Both the position numbers and the translations under genes were made by a program. The notes beneath the pieces are model-generated. The model was not told the DNA's origin and made no database searches. It saw nothing but the letters and a program-made list of their open reading frames with translations. A DNA stretch of 64,000 nt from Haloferula sp. (GTDB taxonomy: Bacteria; Verrucomicrobiota; Verrucomicrobiia; Verrucomicrobiales; Akkermansiaceae), in contig JBIPNO010000006.1 of NCBI GenBank assembly GCA_044372775.1, positions 60,207 through 124,206 of the forward strand, written 5' to 3'. Positions 1 to 8,500 of this stretch are shown in pieces. Each line of letters opens with the position of its first letter. Position 1 is the stretch's first letter.

Positions 1-1257
1 CGCGCCGGGCGGGAAGGTTATCCATTGGTCGAAGGCGGTGAAATCCGCGCCCGGGGTGGCGGTGCCGCCGTTCCTGCTGGTCACGCGCACTTTCACCGTG
101 GCCGCGGAAGGCCGGTCGAGCCGCACTTTCACCGGCAGCACGCCGCTGATCTCCGGGCTGCGGCTTGGAATCAGAAAGGCCGTCGGCAAGGTGCCGGGGT
201 CGGCGTCCGCGATCAGCAGCGGCTCGTTCCAAGCCCTGCGGGTCACGACCCGATAGCCGTTGAAGAAAATCGCGCTGCTATCGATGCCCAGGCTCCACCC
301 GGGCGTGTCGCCGGAGAGATCGAAATGCATCAGCGCCCCTTGGTTCTGCTTTTCCGCCGGCAGGTTCAGCCACACCCCGGTGGGTGTGCGGGCGGCGGGA
401 TTCGGATCGCTGAGGGTATCGGCGGTGAGCATCCGCGAGCCGGGTTGGGCGGCTTCCGGCAGCACCAGCGGCTCCATGGCGGCGACACCCACCCGGGCCA
501 GCAGCGGCCGGAAGGATCCCCATTGCTCGTACTCCGCAACCAGGATCTTGCCGGCATGGAAAGCGTAGATCCCCGAGCGGGGCGGCAGCGTCCATGAATC
601 GAGGACTTCGCCGGTGTCGATGCTGCGACGTTCCAGCCATCCCGACCCGCGATCCAGACTATCGTAGGAAAAAACCACCAGTTCGCGCCCGTCGAGAATC
701 ACGTCTCTCGACGAGGACCCGCGAACCGGGATCGAGCGGCGCTCCCCGTCGTGCGGGTAAACTTCGACCGGTCCGAAGCCGCGGGTCACGGCGATCGCGT
801 GCTCGTTGATGTCGAAATGGTAGGGATGATAGATCGAACCCTCCGTGCGTCCGCGGACCTCGCCCGTGGCGGCGTCGAGGAACTCGGTGAAAACCGCGGA
901 CGTCTCCGGATCCTGGAACTGATAAGCGAGGTAGCCGCGGCGGACGTGTTGGGGCCAGCGGTCGGCGGGCAGCCACGGGACGCCTGTCTGCCAGGCCCCG
1001 TTTTCCCAGCGGTAGGCGGCTTCGACGCCGTAGGGAATTCCCCAGGAGGTCCTGGCTGCCACCAGGGCCACCGGGCCGGCGAGGATCCCGTTCAGGAAAA
1101 TGTCGTCTTTGGTGACAAAAGTCGCCGGCGCATGTCGCGCCGGTTCCGCGAGATAGGGGATGAATCCATCATCCGCGCCGACGGGGAGTTCTGCCGCGGG
1201 AAGGGCGGCCAGCCCGCCAAGGAGAGCGAGAAACGAAGCGATCCGTTGAGGCAGCAC
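1..1257 (-). CDS. Secreted protein with a Calx-beta-like domain; partial, continues past the left edge
   Basis: Hand-translated stop-free minus frame from GTG 1257 to base 1, absent from the ORF track. N-terminus MLPQRIASFLALLGGLAALPAAE resembles a signal peptide. Last residues VKVRLDRPSAATVKVRVTSRNGGTATPGADFTAFDQWITFPPG match the Calx-beta pattern. Confidence 0.7.
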   Translation of the reverse strand, partial: MLPQRIASFLALLGGLAALPAAELPVGADDGFIPYLAEPARHAPATFVTKDDIFLNGILAGPVALVAARTSWGIPYGVEAAYRWENGAWQTGVPWLPADRWPQHVRRGYLAYQFQDPETSAVFTEFLDAATGEVRGRTEGSIYHPYHFDINEHAIAVTRGFGPVEVYPHDGERRSIPVRGSSSRDVILDGRELVVFSYDSLDRGSGWLERRSIDTGEVLDSWTLPPRSGIYAFHAGKILVAEYEQWGSFRPLLARVGVAAMEPLVLPEAAQPGSRMLTADTLSDPNPAARTPTGVWLNLPAEKQNQGALMHFDLSGDTPGWSLGIDSSAIFFNGYRVVTRRAWNEPLLIADADPGTLPTAFLIPSRSPEISGVLPVKVRLDRPSAATVKVRVTSRNGGTATPGADFTAFDQWITFPPGA

Positions 1258-1452
1258 GGGGAGGATACTGAAACTTCGGCCCGGTGGAAGCAAGCGGCGG
1301 GTGATCGGAGCTTTCGACCGGATGACGGACCTTTCTGATCGTGCGGCGTGACGGATCCCTGACTTTGTCAGACCGCGGATTCGACAGGTGCCACGACGCT
1401 CTTGTCGTCTTGGACGGATGGCTCACGACAGGAGTGTCGTGGCTCCTTAAGT

Positions 1453-3963
1453 TCACGCCAGCGTGCCTTCGGTCACGCCGAGTTTTTCGAAGGCCTTGAC
1501 GTTGTCGAGCAGGGTGGCGGCACCGGTTTTTCCGGAGAGAAGGTCCTGGTAGGCGGTGATGGTGCGGAGGGCGCCGAGGTCGTCCTCGTCGAGGAGTTCG
1601 ACGCGGAATCTCGACAGGCCGGTGCTACGAAGGTCCTCGTAGAAGCGGGCGCCGGTCTGGGCGCGGCCGTTGAAGAGGGTGTTGCGGCAGCCGACGTCGG
1701 CGGTGAGGCGGTGGAGCTGGCCGACGCGGTCGCGCAGGTGGACGACGTGGCTTTCGCAGGGCCGGCCGCAGTCCTTGTACGTGGTGCCGCTGCTGAGGAA
1801 GGTGCAGAAGACGCAATGCTCCATATGGAACATCGGCATGTGCTGGTGGAGCGTGAGCTCGAACCACTCCGGCGGCGCGGCTTCGAGCAGGTCGAGCACC
1901 TGGCCGATGTTGAGGTCGTAGGAAATGGTGAGCGTGTCGAGGTTCGCGGCTTCCTTGAGGAGCTTCGCGGTGATCGGGTTGGCGACGTTGAGGGAGAAGT
2001 CGGCGACCTTTCGCAGGTCGCTACGATCTTTGTAGTAGTCGAGCGCGGCGAGGTTGCGGAGCAGGATGCCGTCGGGTTCCGCGCGTTCGATGAGCTTGAG
2101 GTAGCCGGTCTCGCCGGGCTTCATGATTCTTGGCGTCGCCAAGAAGATGGTGGATGGTGGATGGTGGATGGCAGATGATTTGAGGGCAACCGCTTCGCGG
2201 TAGCGGCGGGGGTCTTCGAAGTCGCAGTAGATGGTGGCGACGTTCCGGTCGAGGGCGGCCTGGACTTGCGGCAGGGTGCGGCAGAGGACGGACAATTGAG
2301 GAACCGGGTCAATCAGGTCATCGGGGTCAATCCGGTCGATGGAGGGAAGCAGGTCGTGGACGGTGATGGAAGAGGGGCTGCGGGCGAGCCGCCCGCGCCC
2401 CTCTTCTTTGGGCAGGGCATCGACCAACTCGCGGCGGAGACGGTTGAGCTCGGAGAGGGGGAGGTGGCAGTCGCCTTCGAGCTGGAAGTCGAGGGATGCG
2501 AGCTCGTAGGAGGTTTCGCCGAGGCGGCCGAGCTGGGCGCGGAGGGTTTCGGCGGTGAGGGGGTGCTTGGCGGCGGGGGCGAGCGGGATTTCGCTGAGGA
2601 CGGAATGCGGGCCGCTGGTGAGTTTGAGCGGCTCGCCCGGCTGGCCGGTGGCGGTGAGGTGGAGGGCTTGTTTGACCTCGCGGAGCTTGGCGGTCTGCCA
2701 GAAACGGCGGATGTCGGACTCGAGCTTTTCGTCGGAGGTCTTGTAGAGCGTCTGGCCGGGCTTGAGGCGGCTGAAATTGATGCCGCTGAAGGTGCGGTGG
2801 AAGACGATGCGTTCGCCTTCGATTTTCCAGATCTTGGCGCCTTGCTCGAGATCGCGGTTTTCACCGGCGTCGAAGACCACGCCGTCGCCGGGCTTGATCG
2901 GGATGCCGGTGCGGTCGCTGAGTTCGATCCAGGTGCCGCCGCAGGCGGAGATGGTGCCGAGCAGCGGGCCGCGTTTTTTACCGAAGCGGCCGTGGGTGAG
3001 ATACGGGTGGTTGGTGCCGGCGAGCCAGCCGGTGGTGAGGCCGCGGGAGAAGGTCATCTCCAGTTCGTAGCGGTCGGCGGGGGTGATTGCCGATTGTCGA
3101 TTGTCGATTGTCGATTGATGATTGTTGAGCGTGGCGTCGAGGGCTTTGCGGTAGACCCGCGTGACGGCGGCGACGTATTCGGGGGTTTTGAGGCGGCCTT
3201 CGATTTTGAAGGATTTGACGCCGGCGCGGACGAGATCGGGGATGAGGTCGACGGCGGCGAGGTCCTGGGGGCTGAGGAGGTAGCGGTGCTCGCCGAGGTC
3301 GCGGGTTTCGCCGTCGACGACGAGTTCGTACGGCATGCGGCAGGCCTGGGCGCATTCGCCGCGGTTGGCGGAGCGCTGGCCGAGGGACTCGCTGGTGAGG
3401 CATTGGCCGGAGTAGGCGACGCAGAGGGCGCCGTGGACGAAGACTTCCAAAGGGGTGGAGATGGGAGATGGCAGATGGGAGATGGCAGATGAGGAAAAGC
3501 GCTCGATCTCTTTGACGGAGAGTTCGCGGGCGAGGACGGCGCGTTCGAGGGGGAAGAGGGACTCGATGAAGCGGAGGCCTTCGGGGGAGGTGATGGTCAT
3601 CTGGGTCGAGGCGTGGAGCTCGACGTCCGGGGCGATCTCGCGGGCCATCTTGGCGAGGCCGAGGTCCTGGATGATGAGGGCATCGACGCCGGCTTCGGCG
3701 ATGAGGCGGAGCTGGCGTTCGGCGGATTCGAGTTCGCCGGTGAAGATCAGCGTGTTCATCGCGACGAAGCCCTTCACGCCATGCTTGTGGAGGAAGGCCA
3801 TCAGCTCGGGGAGGTCGGCTTCGGTGAAATTGTCGGCGCGCAGGCGGGCGTTGAATTTCGGCATGCCGAAGTAGATCGCGTCGGCCCCGGCGGCGACGGC
3901 GGCGCGGGCGCAGTCCCAGTTGCCGGCGGGGCTGAGGAGTTCGGGCGTGAGGTCGGCGTGCAT
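1453..3963 (-). CDS. Peptidase U32 family protein with DUF3656-type middle region, RlhA-like (putative 23S rRNA 5-hydroxycytidine synthase)
   Basis: 836 aa; PELLSPAG start, GADAIYFG, EVFVHGALCVAYSGQC, NRGECAQACRMPY, SFKIEGRLK; second Cys-rich U32 half EHCVFC...CGRPC...GCRNT. Confidence 0.9.
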   Translation of the reverse strand: MHADLTPELLSPAGNWDCARAAVAAGADAIYFGMPKFNARLRADNFTEADLPELMAFLHKHGVKGFVAMNTLIFTGELESAERQLRLIAEAGVDALIIQDLGLAKMAREIAPDVELHASTQMTITSPEGLRFIESLFPLERAVLARELSVKEIERFSSSAISHLPSPISTPLEVFVHGALCVAYSGQCLTSESLGQRSANRGECAQACRMPYELVVDGETRDLGEHRYLLSPQDLAAVDLIPDLVRAGVKSFKIEGRLKTPEYVAAVTRVYRKALDATLNNHQSTIDNRQSAITPADRYELEMTFSRGLTTGWLAGTNHPYLTHGRFGKKRGPLLGTISACGGTWIELSDRTGIPIKPGDGVVFDAGENRDLEQGAKIWKIEGERIVFHRTFSGINFSRLKPGQTLYKTSDEKLESDIRRFWQTAKLREVKQALHLTATGQPGEPLKLTSGPHSVLSEIPLAPAAKHPLTAETLRAQLGRLGETSYELASLDFQLEGDCHLPLSELNRLRRELVDALPKEEGRGRLARSPSSITVHDLLPSIDRIDPDDLIDPVPQLSVLCRTLPQVQAALDRNVATIYCDFEDPRRYREAVALKSSAIHHPPSTIFLATPRIMKPGETGYLKLIERAEPDGILLRNLAALDYYKDRSDLRKVADFSLNVANPITAKLLKEAANLDTLTISYDLNIGQVLDLLEAAPPEWFELTLHQHMPMFHMEHCVFCTFLSSGTTYKDCGRPCESHVVHLRDRVGQLHRLTADVGCRNTLFNGRAQTGARFYEDLRSTGLSRFRVELLDEDDLGALRTITAYQDLLSGKTGAATLLDNVKAFEKLGVTEGTLA
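2146..2180. repeat. Heptamer tandem repeat (GATGGTG x3, GATGGCA, GATGATT) inside the U32 CDS
   Basis: Read directly; encodes SSAIHHPPSTI on the minus strand. Confidence 0.9.
2306..2341. repeat. 9-nt tandem repeat (GGGTCAATC-like x4) inside the U32 CDS
   Basis: gggtcaatc aggtcatcg gggtcaatc cggtcgatg; encodes IDRIDPDDLIDP. Confidence 0.75.
3085..3126. repeat. Heptamer tandem repeat GATTGNN x6 inside the U32 CDS
   Basis: gattgcc gattgtc gattgtc gattgtc gattgat gattgtt; encodes NNHQSTIDNRQSAI. Confidence 0.9.
3460..3494. repeat. Heptamer tandem repeat GATGG(G/C)A x4 plus one degenerate unit inside the U32 CDS
   Basis: gatggga gatggca gatggga gatggca gatgagg; encodes SSAISHLPSPIS. Confidence 0.9.
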
Positions 3964-4069
3964 GGAGGGGAGCTAGACGGGGAAAGGGGGAATGTCGAAT
4001 GCGGGGATGGGATTTGCTGAAGCGATGAAGGGCGGTCCCTGCTTCTCGGGAAGGGAGAATGGATCGAAC

Positions 4070-4158
4070 CGCGGAGGCGCAGAGGTCGCGGAGAGAGCGC
4101 GAAGTTTGGGGAGGTAGGACGACGGGAACAACGAAAGGGGCGAAACGAGCGAAATTTG
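4070..4158. repeat. Two clusters of about 9-nt-period repeats (CGC(A/G)GAG and CGAAA units) upstream of the U32 gene
   Basis: cgcggagg cgcagaggt cgcggagag at 4070-4095 and cgaaagggg cgaaacgag cgaaatttg at 4132-4158. Confidence 0.65.
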
Positions 4159-4316
4159 AAGAAGAAGGGGAGGAGGGTTTTTGGTGCTGATTTTCGGGGA
4201 GTTTCGTTTCTTTCGTTGTTCCAAGCTGCCTTCCGGAGTCGGGTGCGATTTGGTGCGGCCGCGTGGTAAGGGAATCCGGCGACAAGGAGGCGTTGCGGTG
4301 GCTTTTCTAATGTGAA

Positions 4317-4733
4317 TTGATTAGGAAGATCACTCTCACCTCCTTGTTCGGGTTCGCCTTGGTGGTCGTCCTGCTGCTGCCTTTCGTGAGCTTTGGAGTC
4401 TCAAAGGAAGAAATGAAAATCCGGCGAGCGGGAATGGACTGCGCGTCCATCGTTTCGGCGCTAAAGGCCTGCGCCGAGAAAGGGGCTCGTCCGCCTACGA
4501 CCGGGCAAGGACTCGAAGCTCTGGTCGAGCGACCGACCGTTGAGCCTCTTCCGGAGGATTGGGCCCGGATTGCGATCCAGGTGCCACTGGATCCTTGGAG
4601 GCAGGCTTATCGCTATCGCGAGCTTGCCAGAGACGGGATCCTGTTCCGATGGGAAGTGAGAAGCATCGGGCCGGATGGGATCGCGGGGAATGAGGATGAT
4701 ATTGCCCGGGAGTTCGAGTGGGAGGGTCGATGA
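4317..4733 (+). CDS. Type II secretion GspG-like pseudopilin (T2SSG C-terminal domain)
   Basis: N-terminal hydrophobic segment then PTTGQGLEALVERP...VPLDPWRQAYRY...VRSIGPDGIAGNEDDI, the GspG signature. Confidence 0.8.
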   Translation: MIRKITLTSLFGFALVVVLLLPFVSFGVSKEEMKIRRAGMDCASIVSALKACAEKGARPPTTGQGLEALVERPTVEPLPEDWARIAIQVPLDPWRQAYRYRELARDGILFRWEVRSIGPDGIAGNEDDIAREFEWEGR

Positions 4734-4807
4734 GGTGGGAGCATTGAAGAAGAAGCGGGAGGCTCGGACATTTCCACAAGGTGAGGCGGGCCGCTTGGGA
4801 CCGTTCC

Positions 4808-4834
4808 GGACGACCGAGTGCGGATCGTCCCTAC
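4808..4834 (-). repeat. GTAG-type REP palindrome
   Basis: Minus strand reads GTAG GGACGA T CCG CACT CGG TCGTCC: GTAG foot followed by a hairpin. Confidence 0.65.
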
Positions 4835-4926
4835 CCTTGAGGCCGAGGGCGATCGACGCTACCTTTCGCTCGACAGGGGGCGCGGGGATTTCTTCCCTTG
4901 CGGGCGATGAAGGGAATCTTGGCGTG

Positions 4927-5313
4927 ATGGACAGCGTGCGCGTGGACAAGTGGATGTGGGCGGTGCGGCTGTTCAAGACGCGCGGGCTGGCGGCGAAGGC
5001 TTGCGAGAGCGGGCGGGTGCGGACGGGGGAGCGGGTTTTCAAGGCGTCGTCGGAAGTGAAGGGCGGGGAGCTGTTGGAGCTGCCCTTTCCCGAAGGTCCG
5101 GGGACGCGGGTGGTGCGGGTGCTCGGGCTGATCGACAAGCGGGTGGGCGCGCCGGAAGCGCGGGCGGCTTGCGAGGAGATCACACCGGCCGAGGTGATCG
5201 AGGCGCGGAAGATCTGGAGCGAGGGCCGGGCGCAGCGGTTGATCGGCGAGCAGGGGCGGCCGACGAAGAAGAACCGTCGCGCGATGGACGAGAAGCGCGG
5301 GTTTTTCGAGTGA
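4927..5313 (+). CDS. hslR: Ribosome-associated heat shock protein Hsp15 (S4 RNA-binding domain)
   Basis: MDSVRVDKWMWAVRLFKTRGLAAKACESGRV and C-terminal GRPTKKNRRAM; start reset to ATG 4927 within track ORF 4675..5313. Confidence 0.9.
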   Translation: MDSVRVDKWMWAVRLFKTRGLAAKACESGRVRTGERVFKASSEVKGGELLELPFPEGPGTRVVRVLGLIDKRVGAPEARAACEEITPAEVIEARKIWSEGRAQRLIGEQGRPTKKNRRAMDEKRGFFE

Positions 5314-5336
5314 GGGGAGGCGGGCCGCGAGAAGCA

Positions 5337-5359
5337 CGCAACTTGCAAAGTTGCGCTAC
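5337..5359 (-). repeat. GTAG-type REP palindrome
   Basis: Minus strand reads GTAG CGCAACTT TGC AAGTTGCG, a perfect 8-bp stem. Confidence 0.7.
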
Positions 5360-5511
5360 TTCGCCTGCGGCGGAAGGGCTGGTGGCTGGACGCCGCAGCC
5401 ACTGAGGAGCGTCGGACAGGAAGTCGGGGCTCCCCGCTCAGAAGCGGCGGCGCAGGATGACACCCCGAGCATGCCGATATTCGGGCGATTCATCATTTGC
5501 GGCGAGCGGGC

Positions 5512-5545
5512 AAGAAAAAGCCGCCCGGGATGGCCCGGGCGGCTT
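5512..5545 (-). terminator. Rho-independent terminator of the large repeat-protein gene
   Basis: AAGCCGCCCGGG-CCAT-CCCGGGCGGCTT followed by TTTCTT on the minus strand, about 25 nt after the stop. Confidence 0.85.
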
Positions 5546-5571
5546 GAGGAGTCGGATTCGCGGTGGCCGGA

Positions 5572-8500
5572 TCAAGGGATGTCGATCCGGAGGCGGGCGA
5601 ACAGCTTCGAACCGGTGGCCAGCGCGCGCGGGATACGCACGGTGACGCGGTCGATGTCGGTGCCGAAGAAGTCATCGTCCTCGTTCACAATCACGCCGTT
5701 GACTCCGGCTTCCGCCGCGGTCCAGCCGGCGAGGGTCGAGCCGTATTCCACGAAGGGATCGTAGGAAGCCGAGTCGTCGGTGCGGCGGAACACGAAGTTG
5801 AGGTAGGTGGCATCCGTGCTGAGGGTGGGCAGCAGGGCACTGGAGTCCGAGCCGGGACCGGAGGGGTCGCCGCCGATGACGAACTCGATACCGTTCGGGA
5901 TGCCGTCGCTGTCGGAGTCGGTGTCGGAGCCGGCGCCGGTGATGCCGTTGGCGAGTTCCCAGGCTCCGTAGACGTCGGCCACCACGTTGGTGATTTCGAT
6001 CCGCTTGTTGGCGTCGTCGTAGTTCACCGAGTAGCCGGCGGGGAGGCCGGTGACGGTGCCGAAGCTGCCGCTGCGGGTACCGGTGAAGGAGGCGATGATG
6101 TAGGTCGGCAAGGTGGCACCGCCGCCGAGGGTGGTGATCGCCAGGGTGCTGGTGGCACCGAGGGTCAGGTCGCCGGTGACGGCGAGGCTGTCGGCGGTGG
6201 CACCGTCGATTTCGCAAGCGTAGGTGCCATCGATGGCGGAGGCACCGGCGGCGAAGGAGCCGGCGGAGGCTCCGGGAGCCAGGGTGCCGGCGCTTTGCAC
6301 CGTCAGGGTGCCGACGATGGAACCGGAGGCGAGCAGCACGCCGCCGCTGACCGTGGTCGCGCCGCTGTAGGAGTGGGCGATTCCGCCGGCGAGTTGCACG
6401 GTGCCCGGGCCGGCCTTGGTCAGGGCTCCGGTGCCGTTGTCGGGATTCTCCAGTTCGGTGGAGATCACGAGGTCGGGCGCGGGGCTGCCGGTGACATCGG
6501 CCACCGTGAAGACCTTGGCGCCGTTGAGGATACCGAGGGCCAGACCGCTGTTGGCGGTGGTGCGGGAGGCTTCGCGGGTGATGACGGCGGCGGTGCTGCC
6601 ACCGGAGACCGTCACGTTGCCGTTGAGCTGGTAGTTTTCACCGTTGTAGCTGCCGGTGCCGGAGCCGGTGGTCACCGTGGCACCGCCGCTCAGGTTCAGG
6701 GTGCCGATGTGGGCGTGGGCGCTGGTGCCGGTATTGGTCAGGGTGGCTCCGGCAGCGATGTTCATGACCGGGGCGTTGGCGGCGGTTCCGGTCGGATTGG
6801 TCGCACCGAAGACCAGCGAGCCCTGGTTGATGTTGATGACACCCGAGAAGCCGGCGTTGGCACCGGCCAGGGTGAGTGCGGTGGTGGCGTTCCCGTTGAT
6901 ATTGAGGGTTCCCGCTCCCGCGGCGGCACTGCCGAGCAGGCCTTCGAGGGTGACGGCTCCGGTCCGGTTGTAGGTCAAGTTGGCACCGGCCGACAGGGTG
7001 ACATTGCCAGAGCCGATATCGCCGGTGGCACCGCCGTTGCCGGCCTGGATGGTGCCGCCGGTGATGTTGGTGCCGCCGGTGTAAGTGCTGTCACCGCTGA
7101 TGATCTGGGTGCCAGCGCCGATCTTGGTGAGGGCGAGGATGTTCGGGCCGCCGGTGAGGAGACCGGAGAAATTGCCGTCGGCACCGCCGAAGCCGACCGT
7201 GAGGGTGGCCGTGCCGCCGGACGGGGCGTTGGTGTTGACGGTGCCCGCTCCGAAGAGACCGGCGATGGTCTCCGAAGTGGTGGAGAAGCGGAGCAGGCCG
7301 CCGGCCGTCACGGTGACATCGCTGGTATCCGGGATCCGGTTGCCGCCGGTGCTGGCGATGCCGATCTGGACGGCTCCGTTCGCACCGGTGGTGGAGATGG
7401 TCAGATCGCCGACCCAGTTGGCTGGAGTCGTCGGGAAGATCGAGCGGCCGGTGCCGGTGACGGTGATGCCGCCGGTGCCGGTGATGTTCTCGTAGTCGGT
7501 GCGGTCGTTGGCGTTGGAGTCGAAGATGACATCCCGCTGGAGCACGATGTTGGTGAACTGGTTGTTGTCCGCGGCGCCGCCGATATTGGCGCGGCTGCCG
7601 AGGGTGGCGGTGCCGGTGCCGTTGTTGGAGACGACGACCTGACGGCCGAAGTTGACGCGGTTGGTGTCGAGGTAGAGCGCCACGTTCGAGGTGCCGGTGG
7701 CGGAGTCGCCGAGGGTGACGGTGCCGGTGCCGAGGGCTTCCGCGCGGCGGATGTTGATGCTGCCTTCGCTGATCACGGTGCCGCCGGTGTAGGTGTTCGG
7801 CGCGTTGATGGTGAGGATCGAGCTGCCCTTCTTCACGAGATTGCCGCTGCCGCCGATGAAGGAGGTCGGGTAGCCCGCGGTCGTGTCGGCGCTGGTCGGG
7901 TTCGGGGTGATGCCGGGGTCCGGGCTACCGTTGGCTAGGTCGATGTTGAGCGTCGCGTCGTTGGCGAAGAAGCGGTTGTTCACGGCCTTGCGGGTGAGCA
8001 CGAGGTTGGCGTCGGTGCCACCGATGGTGAACAGGTTGCTGACATCGAGATTAGCCGAAAGAGCGGTGCGCACCTTGCCGGCCCAAGTGCTGGCGGTGTC
8101 GCCGGTGAGGGCGGCCACCGGGATGGTGAGCGGGGAGCCGGGGAGGTCGGCACTGGTGAGGGTGACGATCACTTCGCCGTCGGTCGCGACGTTTCCGAGC
8201 GCGAGGGCGGTTTCGACCTGGGCTTGGCCGGCGTTGTTGAAGACGAAGTTATTGGTGTCGGAATCGACGACGACCTGTCCGGGCTGGAGTTCGCCAAAGA
8301 GGCCGACATTGGTGACAGCGGCGGTGTCGTCGAAGGTCACGAGGTCGCCCCAGAAGAAGCCCGACGGCGCGCCGTCGCTCCAGTTCGAGGAGCTGGTGAC
8401 GTCCCAGAGACCGCCGGTGCCGTCCCAGGTCAGGGCCTTGGTGTCGATGCTCAGGAGGACGCGGGAATTGAAGGAGTCATCGCTGAAGCTGGCACTGCGG

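Noticed and set aside
3967-4011. G-quadruplex motif upstream of the U32 gene
   Set aside because: Five G-tracts are present, but loops reach 8-12 nt and the region is generally G-skewed, so it is expected by chance.
5360-5510. Small RNA between convergent hslR and the repeat-protein gene
   Set aside because: Only short GC-rich hairpins (TGGCTG/CAGCCA, CCGCT/AGCGG), with no promoter or conservation evidence.
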